In this document: positions 12,001 through 18,700 of the stretch, piece by piece | Layout: each line of letters starts with the position of its first letter | How positions within the stretch are numbered: position 1 is the first letter of the stretch | Origin: an uncultured Christensenella sp. | GTDB taxonomy: Bacteria; Bacillota; Clostridia; Christensenellales; UBA1242 | Direction of reading: 5' to 3' | DNA: 64,000 nucleotides | NCBI GenBank assembly: GCA_964387705.1 | Contig: CAYLWT010000001.1 | Location: 35,874 to 99,873 of the forward strand | Notes under the pieces: generated by a model | The model's database searches: none | The model's input: only the letters and a program-made list of their open reading frames with translations | What the model was told of the DNA's origin: nothing | Program-made: the position numbers and the translations under genes

Positions 12001-12458
12001 ACTCGATCTTTAGCAAATCCTTTCAAAGTGAGCATAACTCCCGATGTCAAACATTGATCAGCTTCGAATGTAAATCCGTCAAACACAAAACCCTTTTCCC
12101 AGTTAGCCGTGTCGTTAACCTCCACAGCCCCTGTAAAAACGAGGGTGTAGGCAATGTCGCTGTTTGTACTTTTATAAAACCCCTCATTCTCGTCCATCAC
12201 GATGCTTTCACTACCTAAAAGATCATTTACCAATTGTGTCATAGGGGGATACGTTGTTCCACTTTCTGGGACATAAACTCTATTCTCAGTCACACCAAGA
12301 AGAGACCCCTGTTGTTCAACAACTTGTTGACTTGCATATGCGCTAGAACGCGCGAAAAAATTTGGGGATAAAATAATTCCGCCAAATAACGCCACAACGC
12401 CCAGCAATGACGAACAGACGACTCTCATAAATTTTCGGTTCAAATTTCTCATAACCAT
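1..12458 (-). CDS. Giant secreted Pmp-repeat / right-handed beta-helix surface protein, 5' part only (more than 4150 codons; the 3' end lies left of the window)
   Basis: The minus-strand frame with codon low coordinates at multiples of 3 opens at ATG 12458 (alternative ATG 12452; AAGAGG just upstream; in-frame TAA at 12474-12476). It is absent from the ORF track although any internal stop would have produced a listed ORF; no listed minus ORF here shares its frame, so it must stay open to the window edge. Hand translation of the start: MVMRNLNRKFMRVVCSSLLGVVALFGGIILSPNFFARSSAYA|SQQ (signal peptide with AxA site). Spot translations at 3-59 and 1443-1499 contain no stops. At least 20 GGA[ILV][YF]-type motifs lie between 2424 and 10970 (e.g. 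GYGGAIY ending at codon 2424-2426, EEGGAIY at 4488-4490, GNGGAIY at 10863-10865; the frame was verified by hand for these three only). Confidence 0.85.
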   Translation of the reverse strand, partial: MVMRNLNRKFMRVVCSSLLGVVALFGGIILSPNFFARSSAYASQQVVEQQGSLLGVTENRVYVPESGTTYPPMTQLVNDLLGSESIVMDENEGFYKSTNSDIAYTLVFTGAVEVNDTANWEKGFVFDGFTFEADQCLTSGVMLTLKGFAKDRVKFKNCKFIGTKGVSGIAIGSSTDVTFENCTFEDFGGTVVKASDTMVTFSGVNTFANNNAGNASLVEVLNQSLTFSNADQNKTIFEGNVASNIINVSNVVLGLNNVNFVDNVGRIVNATKTTPIFNNVNFTGNASVDNVLNLGLGGTLSISDVTFDSNNITNSSGAVLSISTNEKEVKIDGLTINNPSSAKNVVIKGSERETKTTTTIKNVNITGGGSAFEIENASELNFGVLASDETSENVEGVVAKGCSGSVLKVVNVTTVKIYNSNIGNFEENDICSRGIYLDNVSNCEMSNVTVYNCKASVGESGAGLYINNSVVSLSNCTFTGNIAGSGDSSKNAAGNGGAIYVSGKSSILTVENSLFDSNGTSDETAGNGGAIYMASGRLVLAQETIVTFKNNHASNGGAIYLDEDATFDKQDEEDKVENGVSFVSNSATFDGGAIYSKKSLRIQRNNFVGGNAGRNGGAIYFDGETELLQAKQCSFDGLSATNGGALYVNSAGDTILGDPTKKAYQRDGNTFSSCSATGEGIVYINSISKVQILQAEFEAKNVVGVATQAGVLVIKSDKNCTIDVKSISIKDYLTGSRGAVAIFAENDVKINVTMEDFEMENVAAQDESSQGGALYLDGDIEVSASEGTFTSIYADQGGAIYLANGANLVISNVDFYSIDTKKSVELTREISGAIVYALDSSLTISDALITGTTISQSGSLMYLSGNGEVALENVEFVSNSIYYTTTTNGYGLVVGENIKFSITGGRFAGNVFQKEIVKFADNMGYLVSNVVFEGNEIKLQSVNGILKVSNSNDIIQNCSFIDNTVSGDCAGVFITGNSYSYTVAGCLFKSNKGSIGSAVKVGEDADVKLTLDDCEFIENISTNGAVYSKKELLVKNSEFTKNISSGNAGAINAEVLTVQNTIFTGNKATNNGGAIFINYASTQALRILDGETGFVSNEADCGGAIFISSNTGVILEECYFTDNFAETDGGAICNWGSLVATGISLVCNTSGSRGGAIYSQGNLSLSDMSSSVASFEGTTSETSKDGGAIYVTSANSVSSSTYIDNVKFGNFSAENGGVIYVGGGYIRISNSTFGGEDITTSATNNGAAIYLNTKEASGDIFNSKFYKSNGSFVYTTGNASSSSSFVSFNSTVFKESSKNGLELNGGRIYFHDIEVSGSAETGVVVNGATLNISGEILITGQTKNLEVGNTPVYINGPLSAGSQIGITTNATAWVSDKNPGKTVVQASNSKPYAMKASDVECFSSDSTSFTLGHSFSNSGSNSNGVIYATTISSDSNIFIASDFKGSINHYGGAISTLPASLMQVFVNGEKLSYDSENKTFSNGTVSYKYTFSAYSDSRLSEEVVFPTEKVTSFAGTYYIVNSLSTGSSNTITRQSTIQLLAQGQLTISELPVVDGLFVGHALSTATISQGRAEFGGDAIAGTFTWKDETRIARTTAGYEVFTVVFTPENTNLFDPVEFEMLVEVKGYDVLEYKQVESKIGFYRNDSYIGASISDILSKMSDGGIIYVKNTIETTETVTVDNKTVTFVRATDFTQPMFKDTTLGSKNMTGKIVIDGANYAGETGSTVENAVEFSSGSHSIYDGVTIQNHNGTSSAVFVSATLVLYGGEILDSYSTGNGGGLLAGDGAVVTIYDITIQNCSATLGGGLYISETAKVTIYDADILNCSAENGGGIYAVGESVVISNINLVSNSAVFNSTTGTGGLGGGAYFVEVSKIYQATIKYNNAYIGGGLYIENCNSTFGLGREGAISILGNIATTNGGGIYAKYKFVANGIAVENNKAQNGGGLYVEMKTNDDGTVVTDDVTTLTNCEFVGNIVQHANNNGTGNGSAIYARNIVLNNVQVVNNGIENVTSSTFGGAVYFAYEITVMGSYISSNYAQGSPSEMDVRSAGIVGGETSKVTMNISNSTIANNFFRNLNSGNGTILSGCGSQLWVYSGIVNISDSLIQAGSEDEIAINQNLVKKDIGGVTEIVSDVTFTLSGNVQILGKLQLARENGESAEETVNSNLVLNSISSNSIINLAPDTSGEGTIIATVESTNLTEKDYNSIFVNFSESLKLDENKSKLISSGTNKKLDDTSYSVVSFSETTVIKSDMTISKVKRQWASSGEASSGEVKTVVFYKIESGVTVNVSDMIVDLVTDAGDRLGILFENYGTLTIDNLKITSNNSYVIMNYGTLVLSASEFISAPISNYGTLIIQDGTILRDVETTSAIKNEGNLTINSGAFYGNIYGVIRNSNSKNSSLTAYTEINDGAFYDNASNGSVLYLEHGSAVINGGTFEGNVVQPIDDGTYGGVVYVSDNTTLEIAGGVFESNSASFGGAVYSKGTLLLTGGWFVANETYYISSSSYDGLGGAICANGGTITIRGGIFEGNQALSGGAIAAFGSEINIYDGARFMGNKIKKSGTSVYNSQTNNTYSGTAIFVDKATKLNVYGGDFLQNGDGQGNGTIFVNGSNTEFNMYGGVFDQNYAGSGGALYLSGGTTNIYDGIISNNKAVEEGGAIYSGSTLNIYGGQITGHKNFKSVVFIPGSVNVVISDDAQIYNNIGDNSENKYIIDVSGTLTIAGGYIGENSADDSIINLKGGKVIISGGKISGNTSTIGGAVGGDTEGVVLCGTPYILGNYNPSGSKRNIVLSAVGKTISLYGDLNAGSAIGIFYNLGDAKYVEVVKSVSSLTSNNSTSIHSKNLQYFSSDAISTDVIFGNDVFMASYSANTSTQNYSDLNYSSRLGEISRIMFGISGSRISETETETVSYTASDYIGSYDGAYHTISISIKMVESVAKNYTIQYYQSSTRNLSDEILQNNEIWEDSYNPILSGKSYIYFRFKNTKSLKTTSYDCRVIEIGAKQVSIDEKNKPKLSMSVYYNATTPVSKTTLDNYLDLGGTAKVYDSATIKDKNPVEIIGKFEWGESSTLFNEVGVKKCIVIFVPDKNTYSAYSTATCEIEVFVYAQELYYGTGEGKDEPTFYVNSSLTTTLESVTSEESKDTSGNQIYYHTNMNSAFGALTKGGKIILTETYEVKDKNVEWNRDAELGGVIITRFTSAEKSFTSKLIDVTAEGSLTISGAITIDGGAVWSVTNYSSSNYPSNITNLTNYNKGVQATESSIYVEANGKLSIGNGVYLTNSENINDGGAISNYGTLIIEGGTLESNMARNGGAIANYGMLEIKSGAVLTHNLANVKDPATDTLFGYGGAIYQNKIGAGDSVKVVITQSTISNNKSYSYGGALAILGGEVSFDGGKNETATKISSNYSTAGTGIYSCSPIIVKALIVEDNRINPGVSGKNSSIFLKGQEEMMRLDGSESAIKIVGQVVLYDVSKSDEHGEYPYIRQLSNISGEMYVYSMKEGENNADVLIDDIGRVLVVVECKTNTDVYKYKNNINTEIAIITTHPEIVEKFARDTSKNSSGDSNQKWVAGEVSLVEIGGEFSFYLFKSTGIETPTDTAKTQDNTSISENKWVKITAKYGDSYSTYIDASDERRIKLSAAETVFVGRFEQSGQAIKGYKYLINDNGEDLSWEIETQIRYGQNMRAVWTIAAPAFTVSAVILDEEDNVEGTYDVEGGIVTTNYGKKIKLSINIESVNGDYTYSYVWKWRVNGSSEQNFIQNKTDEVVGDQLILKHVFSGYISVQVSATGSGIDDEKVGTTTSYLGFNTVSIEPAQIDLSLVKNTFVYNRSKINPIYTGGETLDDTTVKDENYNLSITKLNGKIVSNSPLTLPYGEQLSSLLLKGETYVLDAEKVKQTVEPRNTGNYFVDLSIGRSASGLAGNTDDSGYDYFGNLDYVLVNNTGKDWSITPLKVETEKWVYAQRDTSGNNNYTIVGDYTNAIQNMSNYTFVVLPVFKNVGDDKIRFQITTTDLSGTAKTMTVIYPQGGFKVGDSFTILNNINSYNSTLSGSETNYIGSIGSYTTNVTVVNDYENDNSSLSRGNYTYAGLTQNWAITRSQAIISSWQVGFVGDKQEAISYTSFDTINKKLEVNSAYYNEEQNKFIVNNVMTYCSGTDNNGKI

Positions 12459-12681
12459 AAACCTCTTGGCAAATTAGCCTTTGAATTTGTTGACACAAAA
12501 TTGCACAATTCGACAATTCTATTACAACTATGATTATATTATATATTATGGGCCAAAAATTAACAAATATTTTGCAACAAAAAAAACAGAAAAAACAACT
12601 TTTTTATTTAAAATTTAGTTGACAAATATATTTTTGTGTATTTTTGCTTTACAAAAGTATTTTGGCGAATATCTTTCACTC

Positions 12682-12718
12682 AAAAAAATAGAAAAAATAG
12701 GCACTTTTTTGCCTATTT
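12682..12718 (-). terminator. Rho-independent terminator after the 2868-aa gene
   Basis: Minus strand: AAATAGGCA-AAAAAG-TGCCTATTT hairpin (12695-12718) followed by TTTCTATTTTTTTG. Confidence 0.6.
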
Positions 12719-12758
12719 TCCCCCAAATTTATATTGTTTTTTTATAGTTACAAAAGTC

Positions 12759-15700
12759 CTATTTTTTATAAAAAGTTTGTGATTTTTTGGACTTTACAAT
12801 TAAAATTACAAAAATTGCTATAGCAATTAACACACATATCACATTCAAAATGGTTGTCAAATTATCATTTTGAACTATTTGTTCGGAACTTTCAATTGTA
12901 TTCATTGCCTCCACTGACTCAATGGTCGAAGTTAAGACTTTTTCTCCACTTGAAAGTAAAACAGAACCTCCTTCACCTTTATACAAACCTGCTCCTTCAC
13001 CACTTGCAATATTGGACAAAATTTGTGTGTTATCAAGAACCAATTCCCCGCCGTCGGCGACACAAATTCCTCCACCATTATTTTGAGCAATATTATGAGT
13101 TATTTGACCACTTAAAAGGGTTGCCGACCCACCGTTTGCGACGTAAACTCCTGCTCCAGAGCCACTTTTATTGTTTGAGATAGTCCCACCAGATACGGTT
13201 AGTTTTCCCGCCGAATAAACAAATCCTCCATTACCATTTATTGCTTTATTGCCGTAAAATTCACCACTTAAAACGCGCATTGTTCCTTCATTATAAACCA
13301 CGCCACCAATGACATAATCACTATTTGAAGAGAACTTTAACTCGTTATCATAAATCTTGCACCCTTGCAGAATGAGCGTTCCTTTGTTGCAAATTATCCC
13401 ATGCAAGGAAGACGATGCATACGAAGTATATGTGAAATTTCTAACCTCAACATTTGCCCCAAGTGTAAGCCTACCATTGACCACAAAGAGAGGGCTCTGT
13501 GTACTGTCATCTTTACCTTCAAACAACGCTTGTCCGCCTGTGCAAGAAATCGTAAGATTTCCCCCATCATTCACTTCAATCATTGCGAAATTTATTTCAG
13601 AATTTTCTCTAACAAATTTAACTCTCTTTGAAATTGCAATAGTTTCACTTCCTTGCACAGAATAAGAGGTCTTAAAGACAAATGTTCCGTCATCATTAAG
13701 ATATTCCAGTGCCTCAGCGAACGAACTGACATTTATTTTGTTTTTACCTTCACTGTCGGCATAAATTGCAGTATCTTTTCCAACGGTCATATAATACATT
13801 TTATTATACACAACTTCAACATACATCTTGGCAGTCACATTATCTTTATTTTCATAAAGAGATGTTTGTTTTGGAGTAAATTTGCAATCATAATAACCAG
13901 AGTTTACAACGCTTTCTGGGGACAACAAACTCCACGTTCCAGCAACTTCTTGGCCATTGCTACGCTTAACCAAACCCGCTTGAGTAAGTTTGAAAGACGA
14001 TTCATTTTGAGAAATCATTTTCGCTTGAGGAGTGGAGATTATATACAAATATTCGCCCACAATTTGCACAACTATTTCGCCAGCAAGCCCATTTTTAGTA
14101 GTCTCTAAAACACTGGACTTAAGCTCCACTTCGCTTTCTCCAATTCTAATTTTTTTCACCGCGATGCCCAACGTATAACTACCCTTTGAATGCAACGTTA
14201 TGCTGTCGGTATGTTCTTCCAAAAACGAAGCTCCTTCCTTAAGACTAAATGTCATTGAAACAATGTCAACCACATTGTTGTTATTTTTAACTTCAAAATA
14301 ACTCTTATCAATTACATAACCACCTTTTGGCATATTGGAATACAAAAGTGTTATATCCGACAAAATCAAAGAATATGTATATGTATTGTCGTTTTCATCT
14401 GTTACTGAAATCATTTTACTATCTGTTGTGCTTGATTTTGAATAAGCAAGAAGTTGTTTTTTGTTTGAAGAATAACTTAAATAATATGAAGAATTGTCGT
14501 CACTGAAAAACTTTTTGATGTCATCATTTTCAAGCGGAATATTTGTATCCGTTGGCGATTGGACAACAACACTGCCTGACTGAAGTGTAACACCTATGCT
14601 ACTGCCCTCAACGAGTCCTCCTTCAAGGAAGGCTGTTCCACCAACATTTAACTTTAGGTTGAGGTTGCTTTTCGAATCACTTGTATTAGTATTGCCTGAA
14701 ATGACAACTTTTGAGCCACGAGTTATGACAATTTTGCCAGTTTCTGCTATGTAAATTGCACCATTTGAAGAACTATTCCCAGTTACAATAATTTCCCCTG
14801 AAAGACGTAAATTTACCCCATTAGAAACATAAATTGCACTGCCTGACGTTGAAACATTTCCATCTGTAAATGAAGAATCTATGATTTCAATCGAACAATC
14901 TTCATCAAGTTTATTTAATTTCAGTCCACCATTTTTTTTGTTCGAAAGAAATTTTGAATTTGCAATGATGCCATAATTTGTAGTGAGAGAAAGCCCCCCA
15001 TCTGCATTTTGATTGAAATTGCAATTTTCAACCCACACATTAGGAGCTGAAATTACAACACCACTTTCATCTCCGTCACACTTGCCATAAGAAAAATTAC
15101 TATCCAAAATTTCAGCACTTTTTGATGCCTTAACATAAAGGTGTGAGATATTTCCGCCGTTTTCTTCTCCAAATTCACAATTTGACAAAACAAATGACAC
15201 ACAATCTTCTACATACAATTTTGCTACGCCAGTTTCACTTGATTGCCCCCCGTCATCAAAAGAACTATCCTGCACCACTAATTGTCCACTGGTAAAGAGA
15301 ACCGCTCTACCATTGCCTGTTGCAGTGTTCTTTGAGAATTCGCTAGAAAGAATATTCGTTGTGCATCTTTGCAAATAAACCGCTCCGCCTGTTGTTGCAG
15401 AATTCCCGTCAAACGATAAGTAAGAAAGAGAAATTGCTCCATTCGTTGCAAATATTGCACCTCCCATTGAGGCTTTATTGCCCCTGAAAATCGTATCTCT
15501 TGCTTCAAACGAGACGCTGTCGGCATACAATCCTCCGCCTACGCCGTTCGTCACCTGTTCTTCAAATTTATTATTAGAAATTTCTGCTCCATTTATATAC
15601 AAACTGCCAATTGCATAAATTCCCGCACCAAAACTGTCGGATGAGGTTAATTTATTTTCAGAAATTATTGCACCTTGTTCAATGGTCAAAGAACTATTTT

Positions 15701-18700
15701 CCTTGGAACAAACTCCCCCACCAAACTTTGAAGCCGTATTACTTAAAATGCTCGCCCGAGAAACAGTTGTGTCTCCGAAGGAAAACACTCCGCCTCCGTT
15801 TTGTGCAGTATTATTTGAAATTATACTTTCAGAATAAGTCAAATCAATCTTAAGTTTGCCAGACACCAAAAGAGTTGCACCTTCTTGAACATAAATTGCT
15901 CCGCCATTATCTGTTGCCGTGCAGTTTGAAATCGTGCCAGCAAAAGACACATTCCCTCCATCACAAACATAAATTGCTCCGCCATTTTGAGCCTCACAAT
16001 ATGACAATGTAATGCCATCAAAAGATGCCCTGCCATATACAACAATCGCCCCTCCACCAAGAGAAGAGTTTGTGTTCTTAAGATATGAAATTGCACCACC
16101 CGAAACATTCAAGTTGCCGCCATTTCTAACCAAAATAAAGCCATTTGTGTGAGATATTTTGTTATCGTTTGTGCCATTTGCTTTAACATTATTAAGGTAA
16201 ACTACGCCCTCATCTCCAACCAAAATTGCCGTGCCATAACCAGATTTTGTTGTATCACCATTTTGAGCAAATGTGCAATCTTTAATCACAACTTCACACC
16301 CCTCAACGCTTATTACATCAGATAAGTAAGGATTTGCCTCGCTGACGTTGTTGGTGAAAGAACAATTGTCGAGCGTTCCACTGCTCAAATTTCCACTTTG
16401 CTTGGAAAATACAAGAACAGCACCTTTATTTTTGTTGCCTGTAAATGTTGAATTGTTGATTGTTATATCAACAGAACTTGTTGCTCCAACAACACCAAAC
16501 CCATTCGATATATTGCCTTCAAAGGTGACATTGCTCACTGTTAATTTGTCACTTGCAACATAATTTGATGATGCTTGAGTAAATGTTTTGAAAGAGTTGT
16601 CAAAATAAATTGTTGATGCATAATTTGCTTCATTTTTGTTGAATAATACAATATCTATTTTAAGCGGGGATTTTGCATAAATTGCACCACCAAGACCTGA
16701 CATATCGGTCATATTTTTATTTAAAACTGCTTTATTGTTTTCAAAAATTACTGCATTTTCCGCCACACCAACAATGTTAAGTGTGGAAAATTTTGCAAAC
16801 CCTTCCAAACTATCAATTGCACTGTCCGAGTATATTGCTCCGCCGTAATTTGCTTCATTTTTGATAAATGTTGCACGAACAATTTTTGTAGACATTGGAA
16901 GTGCATATGCAGTTCCACTTTGAGCATTTGGAGAATCATTTACATAATCACTATACTTGATGGTTAATTCACTATTACCAAGAGATATTGCACCACCAAA
17001 ACCAAACATTCCTTCATTTTGTGTTTGGGCAATATTTTCCTCAAATTTTGCCCCGTCAATAATTGTCACCCCACAAGCATGCACTGCACCGCCATTTTGA
17101 GCATAATTTCCTTCAAATGTCACCACAAAATCAACAGCATTCTCATTTAGGATTTCAAAGCAATTTGCTGTGTAAATTGCGCCGCCTTCACCTGTAATAA
17201 TTTCACCTTTCTTTGTTTTATTATCGCTAAAGATTACTATGCCATTTGATGTGTCGTTCGTTGTTTTGTATCCTGCAATCGTTCCCCCTGTTACAATTTG
17301 AACACACTCTCCCCAAACAGCACCGCCTTGCGAAAGGGTGGAACTTGTGGCAAAATTTTCATCAAATTTTCCACCAGAAATTATAAGTTTTGGCGAAGAA
17401 TGTTGACATTTTGTTGAATAAAGTAGAGAAGATGTGACGTTTCCATACGAACAAATTGCACCGCCTTTGGCAATCATTTCCCCACCTGCAACAGAATTTC
17501 CAGAAACATAGACATCTGTGAGTTTTAAGATTGTCTTGCACGAAAGGATTGCCCCTCCACCAACAAACAATCCCTCCCCAGAGGCAGTAACAGAATTCCC
17601 AATGAAAGTTGTATTTTTAATTTCTATTTCAGATTCAGAGCCTATGCTTGAAAGATAAACTGCGCCTCCACCAACTCCAAGATTTTTATTACCCGAAACA
17701 AAAGCTCTGTTGGATTCAAAAAGGCAATTTTGCACAATTCCCGAGCAATCTTGAATGGTCAAAGCTCCACCATTTGACATGCCATCATTATTTATAAATT
17801 CACTATTTTTTATGAGAATATCATCTTTTGAAACCACATTCTCAAGATACAAAACTCCATAATTTGCAAAATTGCTTAACGATTCATCATCTTTTTTCTG
17901 ATTGTATTTTGCAACAAAATTACTTATTGAAATGGCTGCGGACAATTCGTTTGATTTGCATTTTATTGCAAACAATGCCCCAGAACCTGTTGAAACATTT
18001 CTAACAGCATCCAAATTGTTGCCATTATTAAGGTCACCTCCAACAGTTATGTCTTCTAACACCAACTCTTCTGTCCCGTCCAAAATGAAATTTGCAACCC
18101 CATAAAGCTTTGCTTTGTTGCCCGTAAACTTTAAATTTGACATTTCTAGTTTTTTATAACCCTTTGCACTATTTGATTTAACAAGCAATGCTCCTGCAAT
18201 GGCATCTGAATTTGTACTCGTTGCCTCATTCCCATAAAAATTTGTGTTTGTTATTTCAAAATTTCCACTAAAATTGTCACCTGTGCCAACCGCACCAAAT
18301 GAAAGTCCACCCGAATAAAGTCCATTGTTTCCTTTGAATGTGCACCCGTCAAAGCAAACACCAACGCTATCTGAAGAAGTTGATTGATATAAACCTTTGA
18401 CAAGCACTGTCCCATAGCCCGAAGCAGACGAACTGTTTTTTTCAAAAGTTGTTCCACTAAATTTATAATTATATGCACCATTTGCATCAACAATCATTGC
18501 ACTGGCATATCCGTTTTCACCACGAGCATTATTTCCTTCAAACGACCCACCTTCAAATGTTACATCTTTCCCCGATAATAACCGACAATTGTCAAGATAT
18601 AGTGCTGTATCGAATATGTTGTTATCTTTAAATGTTGGATTTTTTATGTAAAGTTGATACCCTGAAATGGATACTGCATAATTTGAATATTTTGAGACAT

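Noticed and set aside
465-12057. About 20 listed short ORFs (e.g. 465..884+, 6485..6901+, 8942..9244-, 11212..11766+) inside the first 12.4 kb
   Set aside because: All lie antisense to, or out of frame with, the uninterrupted giant minus-strand frame. Their translations are low-complexity and Cys/His/Phe-rich, and they lack RBSs. They are shadow ORFs of a repetitive gene.
1-12458. Possibility that the missing long ORF reflects an alternative genetic code or a pseudogenised region
   Set aside because: The frame is open under the standard code. The spot translations, the signal peptide and three frame-checked GGAIY motifs all read cleanly, and every other gene in the window is intact under table 11. 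The ORF is unlisted simply because it has no stop codon inside the window.
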